Assembly: GCA_051971635.1 (NCBI GenBank)
Contig: JBFPLN010000003.1
Coordinates: forward strand, 128,001-192,000
Reading direction: 5' to 3'
Length of the DNA stretch: 64,000 nt
Source: Candidatus Atelocyanobacterium thalassae
Lineage (GTDB): Bacteria; Cyanobacteriota; Cyanobacteriia; Cyanobacteriales; Microcystaceae
Part shown: positions 44,826 through 55,665 of the stretch, one piece after another
Numbering within the stretch: position 1 is the first letter of the stretch
How the letters are laid out: each line of letters starts with the position of its first letter
The notes under the pieces: model-generated
What the model saw: the letters and a program-made list of their open reading frames with translations, nothing else
What the model was told of the DNA's origin: nothing
Databases searched by the model: none
Made by a program: the position numbers and the translations under genes

Positions 44826-46742
44826 TTAAGAGTTAAACATTTTATCAATAATAACCTGATAATGTTTCATAATAACAAGACGTTTCATCTTTAATGTTTG
44901 AGTCATCATCTTATTTTCAATAGAAAACGGCTCTAAGATAAAGTCAAAAATCTTTATGAGATCATCAGAACGATATCCAGGACGATTTTTTACTTCTTTT
45001 TTCAATTCCTTGCGATATAAGTCTTGAATTGGTTGTGAATAAAGATCATGATCAGCAGTAATAGTTTTTAAATCGTTTTGTAATGGTATATTTAAATTCA
45101 AGTTTTGACTTTCTACCCAAAACCTTAGCATATCAAGGTTAGGAACTATCAAAGCTCCTAACATTTTTTGATCTTGTCCAACCAACATTATTTGATCAAT
45201 GTACACACTTCTTAAACAAGCATCTTCGATTGGCTGAGGTTCAATATTTTCTCCATTACTTAAAACGATAGTATCTTTAATCCTGCCAGTAATTACAAGG
45301 TCATTCATAGGAGTTAACCAGCCCAGGTCTCCACTATCAAACCATCCTTGAGAATCTTTAATTTTATTTGTCTCTTCTGTTTTTTTATAATATCCTTGCA
45401 TAACTTGTGGTCCTCTGATTAATACCAAACCACACTTTCCTTTAGGTAAAGCTTGTCGGGTATTAGGATCCACAATACTAATTTCAGTACCAGGAATTGG
45501 TTGTCCTGCTGTTCCTCTCAGGTTATGCTTATGAGTACGTGCATTTGTAACAGGAGAAGTTTCTGTAAGACCATACCCTACTAGTATAGGAATATCAATA
45601 ATTTCGTAAAAGTCGTCTAAATGTTTTGCAAGAGATCCACCTCCACTAATAAGTGTTTTAAAATTACCTCCTAAGTTACTTCGGATTTTGCTATAAACTA
45701 ATCTATCAGCCACTTTATGAATAGGATAAAGAAAGATAAGTTTGATAAAAGCTTGTGTTCTTTCTTGAAAAGAGGATTTTAAGTTCTCTAAACTCAGAGA
45801 GTTGAAAATACGTCTATATAGAATAAATTTTAGAGACATTTGAAAACAATATTTTATTATTCTTTTTTGTATTGGAGTTTGTTCTCTAAACTGTTTTTGA
45901 ATACCTTCGTATAGAGATTCCCAAAGACGGGGAACACCTACCATATGATGTGGTTTAAATTTCTTTAAGTCACTTTTAAAATTGCGAATATTTGTATAAA
46001 TTAGAGTACATCCTTGAGAAAGTAAAAAATATTCTGCACTACGCTCATAGGAATGCCAAGATGGTAATATGCTAAGAATACGATCTCCTGGTTTAGGCTT
46101 AATTATAGTATCTAAATTTCTGACTTGATGAAGTATATTACCATGCGATAACATGGCCCCTTTTGGTTTACCTGTTGTTCCTGATGTGTAAATTAAAGTA
46201 GCTAAGTCGGTATCTTTCTTCGTAATAGGTCTTAGGTCAAAGTTTTTACCAAGTTCCATGAGCTCAGTAAAATTTAAAACTTTTACAGGAATTTCTCCAT
46301 TATCTTTTTCATCACTTAATAAAATAATTAGACTTAAATTAAGTTGATCTGAAAAGGAATATAATCTTTTTAAGGTCTCTATGTTCTCTACGATAAGAAT
46401 ATTGCTATCACTATCTTGAATGATATGAATTAATTCATTTGGGTCTGACTGAGAAGACCTCACTGAATTTGATGCTCCTGCAAGCATTGAACCTTGATCA
46501 GCTATAAACCAACGAGAACTATTATCAGCAATTAAACAAATTTTTTCATTTTCTACAATTCCTAAAGATTGAAGCCCAGATGCAAAAATTTTTAACTGTT
46601 CATACAGTTGAGAAAAAGTAAGTTTAATTTCTGGTTTACTATGGGGATCATAAAGTGCAATGATATCAGCAAATTTTATAGCTGTAATTGCCCATATTTC
46701 CGATAAAGCTTGTAAATTACGATATTCGCGAATAGTTGTCAT
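44826..46742 (-). CDS. aas: Long-chain acyl-ACP/CoA synthetase
   Basis: YTSGTTGKPKG, GYGLTE, GWFDSGDLG, GENIEP; paired with ylqD as in other cyanobacteria. Confidence 0.88.
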   Translation of the reverse strand: MTTIREYRNLQALSEIWAITAIKFADIIALYDPHSKPEIKLTFSQLYEQLKIFASGLQSLGIVENEKICLIADNSSRWFIADQGSMLAGASNSVRSSQSDPNELIHIIQDSDSNILIVENIETLKRLYSFSDQLNLSLIILLSDEKDNGEIPVKVLNFTELMELGKNFDLRPITKKDTDLATLIYTSGTTGKPKGAMLSHGNILHQVRNLDTIIKPKPGDRILSILPSWHSYERSAEYFLLSQGCTLIYTNIRNFKSDLKKFKPHHMVGVPRLWESLYEGIQKQFREQTPIQKRIIKYCFQMSLKFILYRRIFNSLSLENLKSSFQERTQAFIKLIFLYPIHKVADRLVYSKIRSNLGGNFKTLISGGGSLAKHLDDFYEIIDIPILVGYGLTETSPVTNARTHKHNLRGTAGQPIPGTEISIVDPNTRQALPKGKCGLVLIRGPQVMQGYYKKTEETNKIKDSQGWFDSGDLGWLTPMNDLVITGRIKDTIVLSNGENIEPQPIEDACLRSVYIDQIMLVGQDQKMLGALIVPNLDMLRFWVESQNLNLNIPLQNDLKTITADHDLYSQPIQDLYRKELKKEVKNRPGYRSDDLIKIFDFILEPFSIENKMMTQTLKMKRLVIMKHYQVIIDKMFNS

Positions 46743-47490
46743 AGAATCTACTTTAGTAAATTTTTATCCTATTGTATTAAGCTAACTAATAATAAAATAA
46801 ATAATCAAAATTTTCTTTTTTTAGGATAAATAGTAATATTTTAATATCAATGATTATTTATTATTTAAAGACTTTTGTATTTTTAAAAAAGATTAGTATT
46901 GATTGTCTTTAAACTAAATCTAATAAAATCAGAAGTTAAAATAATATCTACTATCTTAGCTTTTTATTACAGAGTAATTTCCATAACTCTATAAATTTAT
47001 AGTAGTTTTGTTGTATTGATTTAACTCTTCTGCTACGTAAATATCTTTTACTAAAGATATACATCTAACTTGACTATCGGAATACAGAAATAAATGCTAA
47101 GAGATATGTAAAGATTATTAAAAATAAAATATTATTAGTCTATAACTTATATTAATTTTTCGCTGTTAGTTGATAATCAATAATACTATTCTAGTTAAAA
47201 AGATACAACACCATTAAAACAACTGTAGTAGGGTATAAGTATCTAAATAATAAAAGAATAGTTTATTGTCAATAATTACTTTTTCTGTATCTCACGGTTC
47301 TCTTCTCGTAAGTTAATAAATTAAAAAAAATTTGCTTTAATAAAGTATGGATAATAAGCTTTTAGAATTAATGACTAAACTTATTAGAGTATAAAAATAC
47401 TTAAATATCTTTTATGATATTAATAATTCTAGATAATTTATCTAAAGCAGTAACATTGGTCAGTTAATTCTGACTATACAAGCAACATTC

Positions 47491-48267
47491 TTATTGTAGA
47501 GATTCTTTTTGTAAATTTCGAGCCTTAAAAAAAGTTTCCAAACTATGAGCATCACCAATATAACGCCAATGCCAAGGCTCATAGCTAATATTTTGGATAT
47601 TATTTGGTGGAAAGGATAGTTCAAAATTATATTTGGCTGCATTTTTCTCTAACCATTGGAAAAGAAGAGTATCTTCAAATTCTACATTTAAATGTGTTGA
47701 AGGGGAGTTGCTATCTCCAATATCAATTGCATACCCTGTGTGATGTTCACTATATTGAGGAGGAGCACTAACTTCAGCTCTCTTTCTCGTTTCTTCATTT
47801 TGCTGACGTTTAACTTCAAAAAATAGATACTCTTGCTGATTAAAAGTTCTAAATCCAGATATTGGAATTAATGTGAAACCATTCTCTTTTGCATCTTGCT
47901 GCATTCGCAAAAAGCTTTTAGCTGCTTTTTTTCTTAATTTAATACGTCCATCATAGGTAACTGAACTTAGTTCACTTGGAGAAGCTTCAGTATAAGGCAA
48001 ATGACCAAGAACGTTTTCAATTTTACTAGTAATTAAGTTTGGTGAAAGAGTAATATTATTCGTCACATCAGAAGATAAAGATAATTTCTGCGATGCCGAG
48101 AAAAAAACGCGTATTATTAAAAAAACACTAAAACTAAAAACTCCAAAACTAACTAATCCTATTGTAATAAAATTAGTTTTCCGAGGTGTAGTAAGCTTAT
48201 AATTAGGGGTATCCCTTGATGCTTCAGGTATATCTAAAGACATTCCTTGTTTTTCTTTTCCCTTCAT
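47491..48267 (-). CDS. M15B/VanY-type D-Ala-D-Ala carboxypeptidase, membrane anchored
   Basis: SGFRT, SEHHTGYAID (SxHxxGxAxD), YEPWHWRY; one TM helix. Confidence 0.92.
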   Translation of the reverse strand: MKGKEKQGMSLDIPEASRDTPNYKLTTPRKTNFITIGLVSFGVFSFSVFLIIRVFFSASQKLSLSSDVTNNITLSPNLITSKIENVLGHLPYTEASPSELSSVTYDGRIKLRKKAAKSFLRMQQDAKENGFTLIPISGFRTFNQQEYLFFEVKRQQNEETRKRAEVSAPPQYSEHHTGYAIDIGDSNSPSTHLNVEFEDTLLFQWLEKNAAKYNFELSFPPNNIQNISYEPWHWRYIGDAHSLETFFKARNLQKESLQ

Positions 48268-49060
48268 TGATTGATAGTTAATAGTATGTTTTTCTTAATA
48301 TTTTTAGAGATCAATATAAAGTTAATAATCATTCTAATTATAAGTTGCTAAAATAAGCTTGCTTATTTACAACCAATTTTTTATGATTGCTAATTCTTTG
48401 ATTTTACCTCAGAAAATTTAATTTACACGAGAGTTATCATTTAAATAGTGCTGACTTAATTATAAAAAAAACAGTGATGGTAAGTTTAATAATGCTTTTT
48501 TTTCATTTATAGTCTTTAAGATTTACAAAAAGAAATTTTAAGGCAATGTTTAGCTTTTAAAAAACCAGGCCATACTTCTCAATAGTAATCGAATTGTCAA
48601 TATGTTATAAAATTATTGCCCTAATAATAACTTCTAAGCCTTCATGAAAGATATGTCAATTTGTAGTATTAACATTTTTTCTGCTTATTTTAAATTTATA
48701 TTATCATTTTCAACTAGCTCTAATTTATAAGAATTAGTCTTGAAAATTAAATGTAGTTGAAAAGTAGTTATTTAAATAACTACTTTTCCCTTAATTATTT
48801 ACTATTAATATATCTATTAAAAAACATATCTTCCCAGTACATATATCTTCTAATAAATAAGAGACATTTATATTATAGTTATTTACTTTCAGATATAAAA
48901 TTATTCACAATCAAGAAAGATAATCTTAATAATAAGTTAGGGAAATTTAAAACCTATAGATAAGTACATCTAATAAGAAAGTACAAAGTATCTTTTGAGT
49001 TTTAATTTAATGATATAGTTAAAATCACATGAATAATGTAATGATAAGAAATAGTAAATA

Positions 49061-50401
49061 ATGCTTAATTTTAAGTTTTTTAAGTTATCATTTTTAGTTA
49101 AATTATTTTTTAGTTTCGCTCTTATTAGTTTCATCAGTTTAGGCTTGTCATCTTGTAATAAGTCTTTCAAAAACGCTGCTCTAGATATTAAAACTATTTC
49201 AATCGCTACTTCTGAGAGTCAATTGTCAGAAGTTCCTCCTCCAGATACCATTTTAGTATTAAACAAAATTCTAAAAAATTATCATCCCAAAGTAACTATT
49301 GATAGTCCAAGACCATATGAAGTCTTATCGGATAATACTGTACTTGTCAAGTTACAATTGACAGATTACCCTTTGTTTAAAAATGAAAAATTAGAACTTG
49401 GCCCTCATTTACGGCTTTTTGTTGATGACAAATTTTATAAAGATATTTACGATTTAAATGAACCAATAATTTTAAAAGATCTAGATCCTGGAACACATAC
49501 TATTAGGGTTTTAACTTCTACTCCATGGAATGAAAGCTTCAAAAGCAAGGAAGCATATGCTCAAACATCATTCCACATATTTACAAAAATAGATCATAAT
49601 TTACCAAATCTTACTTTACCTTTACTGACATACAATGGCTCCCAAGGTGACTACGGGGAAGAAACTATTATGTTAGATTTCTATCTATTTAATCCATCTT
49701 CGGACTTATTAGAAAGTCATGTTACTGATAATCAAGATATTAATTGGCGAATAAAAGTAACTATTAATGGAGAAATTTTTATCTTAGATTCATTAGAAAC
49801 TATTTATATCAAAGGTCTTCAACCAGGTAAAAACTGGATTAGGTTAGAACTGGTCGATAAATATGGGAGAAAAATTAATAATATTTTCAATGATTCAATA
49901 CAGTTACTTAACTATAATCCTAACAAAAAAGATATGCTGTCTACATTACTTCAAGGCAAATTATCTAATCAGTTAGCCTATTCTCTTATTAATCGAGAAT
50001 ACATGGAGGATCTAGAATCAATTGATGTAGAAGAAATATTAGTACCCGTCCAGCCTAAAGAGATAACAGCTATTGGAGAGGATAAAGAAGTATCTAGAGA
50101 AACTTCAGAATCAATTGATGTAGAAGAAATATTAGTACCCGTCCAGCCTAAAGAGATAACAACTATTGGAGAGGATAAAGAAGTATCTAGAGAAACTTCA
50201 GAATCAATTGATGTAGAAGAAATGTTAGTACCCATCCAGCCTAAAGAGATAACAACTATTGGAGAGGATAAAGAAGTATCTAGAGAAACTTCAGAATCAA
50301 ATATTACTCTTTCCAAAAAAGCACAATGGTTAAAAAATTTAAAGCTGTTAATCAAAAAAGTAAATTTAGATACTATAAAAGACTTTATGAATAATATTTA
50401 A
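49061..50401 (+). CDS. Hypothetical lipoprotein with C-terminal 31-aa tandem repeats
   Basis: Lipobox LSSC; LGPHL, PGTHTIR..STPWNESFK, GKNW motifs. Confidence 0.8.
   Translation: MLNFKFFKLSFLVKLFFSFALISFISLGLSSCNKSFKNAALDIKTISIATSESQLSEVPPPDTILVLNKILKNYHPKVTIDSPRPYEVLSDNTVLVKLQLTDYPLFKNEKLELGPHLRLFVDDKFYKDIYDLNEPIILKDLDPGTHTIRVLTSTPWNESFKSKEAYAQTSFHIFTKIDHNLPNLTLPLLTYNGSQGDYGEETIMLDFYLFNPSSDLLESHVTDNQDINWRIKVTINGEIFILDSLETIYIKGLQPGKNWIRLELVDKYGRKINNIFNDSIQLLNYNPNKKDMLSTLLQGKLSNQLAYSLINREYMEDLESIDVEEILVPVQPKEITAIGEDKEVSRETSESIDVEEILVPVQPKEITTIGEDKEVSRETSESIDVEEMLVPIQPKEITTIGEDKEVSRETSESNITLSKKAQWLKNLKLLIKKVNLDTIKDFMNNI
50014..50300. repeat. In-frame tandem repeat, 93 bp x3 plus 8 bp
   Basis: Units start at 50014, 50107, 50200 and 50293; three single-base differences in total. 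Confidence 0.96.
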
Positions 50402-50553
50402 ATAAAATTTATTAACTAAACATTATTGTGATTCTTAAAATTTTATGGGCTTTATAAAGCTATAGTTAAGTTTTTTGAGTTATGTTTCAAAGCTGAACTA
50501 TTCTAAAAAGTATCTAGAGACAATTTACCCAATTAAGCTGGAGTGAGGTTATC

Positions 50554-51159
50554 GTGTTTATCAAACACTCACACATATTAGCAGGATTAGCTCTTAGCCT
50601 ATCCTTTTTCGGTATCAATCCTGCTCAGGCAGAAACAAATCAAAAAGAAGTTTTTCTGAGCCAGTTGAGAGGTTCCGCTATTGAAGATCCTATCGATGTT
50701 TATCGTGCAGATTGGTTAAAATTTAAATTTGAAGACTATGCTATTGGTCGTATTCGAGGAGTTACTGGAGATGTAGCTCAAATCCAAATCATTTCAGCTG
50801 GTCAAAGCAAAGATGCTCATATCAGAATGCACTATGATGTTGGAATGTTTACTAAAGGTGAACGAGACGTTTGGCGTGTTAGCACTCAGATGCCTCGTCA
50901 ATGGCCTACTCTTGTAGCTGGTTCTGATGTAATCATGAAAGAAGTGGATGGTCAATGGGTTATTGTTAGCCCTAAGAGATCTGATTTAGACGCATATTTT
51001 GCATATGCTCAACCTAGTTGGGTATCTCGTTTAGATTTACGAGAAGTTCCTTTAGTTACACGTACGGATATTAACTGGGGGCGTCCTGACGTAAGTCTAC
51101 CTCCTCTACAACCTAATCAAAAAGCTCCAGCACCAGAGCCAGTTCCTGGCATGTGGTAA
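50554..51159 (+). CDS. Secreted hypothetical protein with Pro-rich C-terminus ending PEPVPGMW
   Basis: GGAG/GAGG SD before GTG; signal peptide ending AQA; GC higher than neighbours. Confidence 0.85.
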   Translation: MFIKHSHILAGLALSLSFFGINPAQAETNQKEVFLSQLRGSAIEDPIDVYRADWLKFKFEDYAIGRIRGVTGDVAQIQIISAGQSKDAHIRMHYDVGMFTKGERDVWRVSTQMPRQWPTLVAGSDVIMKEVDGQWVIVSPKRSDLDAYFAYAQPSWVSRLDLREVPLVTRTDINWGRPDVSLPPLQPNQKAPAPEPVPGMW

Positions 51160-51178
51160 AGGCTATGATTTAGATTAT

Positions 51179-51248
51179 CATTTTAATTTAAAGACTAAAA
51201 GCAGCACCTTACCATTAAGGTGCTGCTTTTAGTCTTTAAATTAAAATG
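51179..51248. terminator. Perfect 33-bp-arm hairpin (4-nt loop), 20 bp after the stop
   Basis: CATTTTAATTTAAAGACTAAAAGCAGCACCTTA-CCAT-TAAGGTGCTGCTTTTAGTCTTTAAATTAAAATG. Confidence 0.9.
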
Positions 51249-51393
51249 GTAACTCTGGTTATTTATAATAATTTTTTCTCTTTTATCTTAAAGAATTAGT
51301 GAACTAAATATATGTCTCCAAGCTTTTACAATTAAAATTAAATTTGATATATTGTTATTTTTGAAGAAAGTATTAGTCTTAATAAATTATTTA

Positions 51394-52005
51394 ATGAATA
51401 AATCATTTAAAAGAATTATAGGCTTAACGGGAGGAATTGCAACTGGTAAAACAATTGTTTCTTCTTATATTGAACAAAACTTTAATGTTCCTATCCTAGA
51501 TGCAGATATTTATGCTAAAGATGCAATTAAAAATAATTCTAATATTTTTAATCTTATTCAAGAACGATATGGGAAAAATATTTGTTTAGAAAGTGGAGAA
51601 CTAGATTATCGAAAATTAGGAAATATATTGTTTAATGATCTCAAACAAAAAGAATGGTTAGAAAATAAAATTCATCCTTATGTTAAGCAAATATTTACAA
51701 AAGAAGTTAAAAAGAGTAAAGCTAAAACCATAATTTTAGATATTCCACTACTTTTTGAATCTAAATTAACTTTTTTGGTGACAGAAATTTGGATTGTATA
51801 TTGTAATCAACAAGAACAATTAAAAAGATTAATTAATAGAAATTCCCTAACGAGGAAAGAAGGGATTACACGTATCAAGAATCAATTTTTATTTAAAGAC
51901 AAGATAAATAAAGCAGATTATATACTTGACAATTCTTCAACGATTAGAAATTTATATGTTCAAATAAATAGAATTATGAAAGCAACTAATTTATATTTGC
52001 ATTGA
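51394..52005 (+). CDS. coaE: Dephospho-CoA kinase
   Basis: IGLTGGIATGKT, DAD, IHPYV, DIPLLFE. Confidence 0.95.
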   Translation: MNKSFKRIIGLTGGIATGKTIVSSYIEQNFNVPILDADIYAKDAIKNNSNIFNLIQERYGKNICLESGELDYRKLGNILFNDLKQKEWLENKIHPYVKQIFTKEVKKSKAKTIILDIPLLFESKLTFLVTEIWIVYCNQQEQLKRLINRNSLTRKEGITRIKNQFLFKDKINKADYILDNSSTIRNLYVQINRIMKATNLYLH

Positions 52006-52083
52006 GTATTGTTTTCTATAACTTTAGAGACTTTAAATATAATTCACATAAATATAAACTATACAAATTATTCACTAATAAGC

Positions 52084-52977
52084 TTATCTTTTTCTATATG
52101 TAGATACTTTAAGATTAATCATCGAAAAGACTAATATTATTAAAAATAAAATTAATCCAATTGTACATGCATAATTAATATCTAAATCGTGAAATGCTTT
52201 TTCATAAAGATAATAGACAATTGTTTTAGAGCTATTTAAAGGTCCTCCTTGGGTCATGATATAAACTTCTTCAAAAGTTTTAATAGCAGAAATAGAAGAT
52301 ATAACGGTAACTAGTAAAATATAAGAGCGCATCAAAGGGATAGTAATATCTAAATGTTTCTGCCAACCATCTGAACCATCTATAGACGCTGCCTCATACA
52401 GTTCTTTTGGAATTCCTTGTAATCCGGCAAGGTAAATCATCATATAGTAACCTAAACCTTTCCAAATTGTGACGAGCATAACACTCCAGATTGCCATTTC
52501 AGTACTAGTTAGCCAAGGAACTTTATCTATTAGACCGATATGGTTAAGTAATTGATTAAATAAGCCATTAGAGCTATATAATGCTTTCCATGTGATTCCT
52601 ACAACAACTGTTGAAATAATAACAGGGATATAAAATGCTAAACGAAATAAGCTAATACCTTTTAGGTTGTTATTAACCAGAATAGCTAATAAAAGAGGAA
52701 GAAAGACTAAGAAAGGAACTACTCCAAAAAGATATAATACTGTATTTGCTAATGTTCTCCAAAATACTGAATCGTGTGATAACCTATAAAAATTTTCTAG
52801 ACCTACCCAACTAGAAGGTTGTGTGAGATCATAGTTATACTGTGTAAAACTTAAATAAAAAGCCTGAAAAGTAGGAAATAAGATAGTAATTCCAAGCAAA
52901 AGTAAAGCTGGAAATAAAAACAAATATGGTGTAAGTTTTATTAATAATTGTTGCTTAATCAAAATTACAGGTTTCAC
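52084..52977 (-). CDS. Carbohydrate (CUT1) ABC transporter permease
   Basis: YLAGLQGIP.ELYEAASIDG EAA loop, MTQGGP; six TM segments. Confidence 0.92.
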   Translation of the reverse strand: MKPVILIKQQLLIKLTPYLFLFPALLLLGITILFPTFQAFYLSFTQYNYDLTQPSSWVGLENFYRLSHDSVFWRTLANTVLYLFGVVPFLVFLPLLLAILVNNNLKGISLFRLAFYIPVIISTVVVGITWKALYSSNGLFNQLLNHIGLIDKVPWLTSTEMAIWSVMLVTIWKGLGYYMMIYLAGLQGIPKELYEAASIDGSDGWQKHLDITIPLMRSYILLVTVISSISAIKTFEEVYIMTQGGPLNSSKTIVYYLYEKAFHDLDINYACTIGLILFLIILVFSMINLKVSTYRKR

Positions 52978-53572
52978 GAAGATTTCGATATTTACTTTGG
53001 CTCTATTCGAAATAGTAACACAGGAAATCAGAAAAATCTTTAAATAAAAATCTAATAGATTTTATGATACGATTTGTTCATAAACAATAAATTAAAGCGG
53101 ACTCATCAACTAATAGTATTGTGATTAAAATAATATTTCAATAAATATTGAAATATTACAAAAATAAAAGATATAACTTACTCATTTGTGCAATAGTAAC
53201 CTTATCTATCCGAATTTTTGAAAAAGTCGCGTAGTATATTTTAATAATAGAATTAGATATAATATTTTTATTGCTGAGCTAAATTTAAGTTTCGAAAATT
53301 TTACATACTTGCTATAAATTAATTAGGATAAAATACATTTTTTTCAACTCCTAATCTTATAAAAATTAAGAAAATTTAATTATTACTTAAGACTTTATTT
53401 AATGAATATCTAATTTATTAACTAGTAATTTACTTAGACTATATGTTATATTTTTACTAGTAAATTTTTACTTAATTAAATCTTTTTTTTACGGCAAATT
53501 TTCTTATTTACTATTATTATATAGTAGATTTAATAATCACTTTAATTGAGGTTAAGTTTTTTATTATCTGTT

Positions 53573-54142
53573 ATGAGTCAAAATTACGAAATTTCTCAAC
53601 CACTTCCTCCTAGTGTTAAACGTGCCTCAACTATTCTTCAATGGTCAGGGAATATTGGCTTTTGGACACAATTAATATTGGGAGTATTGGCAGCAGCTCT
53701 CTTATTTTTGTCTTTAGCAGGATTAGTGACACAGGATAGATCGTCAGAAGGAACTTCTTTTAGTATTTTTTGCTCCATTTCTGGTGTTATAGCACTTATG
53801 GTCAGCACATTTATCTGTTTCAGATATAAAAAAATTGCGCAATTAATGAAGAATCCTGAGCCTAAAGCTAGACCTAAAAAATCTTCAACATTGCAACTGA
53901 TCAGGGCAGGTTTATTATCCAATTTAATTGGTATTTTTTTATCAATTATTGGTGCAGAAGGTTTCGTTGGAATTCTTTGGAGAAAGCTTTCTAATATTCC
54001 TCAAGGTGCAGCAGTTTATGATACTGGTAAGTTACCAACTCCTAGTGAAATTTTATTACTACTAGCTAATACTCACACAATATCATGCCACTTCGCCGGA
54101 ATAATAGTAGGTTTATATCTTTTAGATCGCTTAGATAGATAA
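53573..54142 (+). CDS. DUF3611 family (Tic21-like) membrane protein
   Basis: GFWTQLILG, LANTHTI..HF.G. Confidence 0.75.
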   Translation: MSQNYEISQPLPPSVKRASTILQWSGNIGFWTQLILGVLAAALLFLSLAGLVTQDRSSEGTSFSIFCSISGVIALMVSTFICFRYKKIAQLMKNPEPKARPKKSSTLQLIRAGLLSNLIGIFLSIIGAEGFVGILWRKLSNIPQGAAVYDTGKLPTPSEILLLLANTHTISCHFAGIIVGLYLLDRLDR

Positions 54143-54172
54143 TAATTTAAATAGCTAACTAGCATAGGATAA

Positions 54173-54505
54173 ATGCAGAAAACAAGACTTAATACTTTGT
54201 ATGAAATCACATATAACAATTTAAGCCAAATTTTTAGTAATCCTTGGCGTAATTTATTCTTAAATTTCACTAGTATCCTAGCAGGTTTTTTTATTGGTCA
54301 GGCTATAGCAATTACAGCAGGGCAAGAATCTTACTGGGAAATTACAGTTGGAATTATCCTACTAATATTTACTGAAGTGAGTAGCAAAGTAGTTTATAGT
54401 AGAAGAAAAACTGAGAAAAAAATATTATGGTTAGAAACGTTTAACTTCTTCAAAATGGGCATTATTTATAGTTTATATATAGAAGCATTAAAACTGGGAT
54501 CTTAG
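54173..54505 (+). CDS. DUF565 / Ycf20-like protein
   Basis: MQ.TRL, NPWR, FKMGIIYSLYIEALKLGS. Confidence 0.85.
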   Translation: MQKTRLNTLYEITYNNLSQIFSNPWRNLFLNFTSILAGFFIGQAIAITAGQESYWEITVGIILLIFTEVSSKVVYSRRKTEKKILWLETFNFFKMGIIYSLYIEALKLGS

Positions 54506-54739
54506 TTGGAAATTCAAATATTTTCCAGTTGTTCTAATACAAAAAATATTTAATATGTACCTTAATAACTGTCTACGTATAATTTTTTAAATTAGAATCT
54601 TCATTTAAAATTTATTAAAAAAAATAGCATACTTTCCAGAGAATAGAATCAATTATTCTATTTAGTAAATTCTATACATAGCAAATCTAAGTTAAATTTA
54701 TTTTTAATTTTAAAAATTATCAGTTATTTGATTAATTTT

Positions 54740-55651
54740 ATGAAACAGTCTTCAGTAATTGGAATTGATCTTGGTGGAACCAATATTAAGATTGGACATT
54801 TTCTTAAAGATGGAGCATGTATTAACTTTTTAACAGTAGCAACCCCTAGACCTGCAACTCCTGAAGCTATAGTTAAAATTACTACACAGGCAACTGAAGC
54901 TTTAATCAAAGATCATAATTGTATAGCTTTAGGCATTGGAGTACCTGGACCTGTAGATAACACTAATAGAATGTCTAAAGTAGCTCTTAATTTCTCTGAT
55001 TGGGAGAATGTTCCTTTAGCTGAGCTGTTAGAGAAAGCCATCCAATTACCTACGACTATCGCAAATGATGCTGATTGTGCGGGTTTAGGAGAAGCTTGGT
55101 TAGGTGCAGGTCAGTATTACAAAAATTTAATAATGTTAACTTTAGGAACAGGAGTCGGAGGAGCCATTATTCTTAATGGTCAATTATTTACAGGACATTT
55201 AGGAACTGCAGGAGAGTTAGGATTGATGACTCTAGACTTTAACGGTCCTATCTGCAAGAGTGGTAATAAAGGATCTCTAGAACAATTTGGATCAATTCAA
55301 GCCATATATCGTATGACCGGTAAGGATCCACTTGAACTTAACAGGTTAGCTAAGAAAGGAAACCAAGAAGCAATTATTTTTTGGGAAAGATATGGTCAAT
55401 TGTTAGGAGCAGGATTAGCAAATTTAATTTATATATTAACTCCAGAGGTAATAGTGATAGGTGGTGGTATTAGCGGTAGTATGTCTTTTTTTCTTGCTGC
55501 CACTTTAAAAGAAATTGAGAAACGTGTCCTACCAACTTCTCGTACAAATCTAAAATTACTAGAAGCGAAATTAGGAAATAGAGCAGGCATATTTGGCGCT
55601 GCTAAACTTGCTTGGAATCTGACCAATAATATTAATAACGAATTTTATTGA
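54740..55651 (+). CDS. ROK family sugar kinase
   Basis: GIDLGGT, ANDAD, TLGTGVGG, AGELG, C.SGN.G.LE; no N-terminal HTH. Confidence 0.92.
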   Translation: MKQSSVIGIDLGGTNIKIGHFLKDGACINFLTVATPRPATPEAIVKITTQATEALIKDHNCIALGIGVPGPVDNTNRMSKVALNFSDWENVPLAELLEKAIQLPTTIANDADCAGLGEAWLGAGQYYKNLIMLTLGTGVGGAIILNGQLFTGHLGTAGELGLMTLDFNGPICKSGNKGSLEQFGSIQAIYRMTGKDPLELNRLAKKGNQEAIIFWERYGQLLGAGLANLIYILTPEVIVIGGGISGSMSFFLAATLKEIEKRVLPTSRTNLKLLEAKLGNRAGIFGAAKLAWNLTNNINNEFY

Positions 55652-55665
55652 TATTATCAGAAATT

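Noticed and set aside
48757..49170. 68-aa (+) and 66-aa (-) ORFs
   Set aside because: Low-complexity Y/L/K/I composition typical of chance ORFs in AT-rich DNA; one overlaps the lipoprotein gene
50014..50300. 93-bp (and 75-bp dnaX) repeats as CRISPR arrays
   Set aside because: Contiguous in-frame units with no unique spacers and no cas genes
49978..50355. 125-aa antisense ORF
   Set aside because: Shadow of the tandem repeat on the opposite strand
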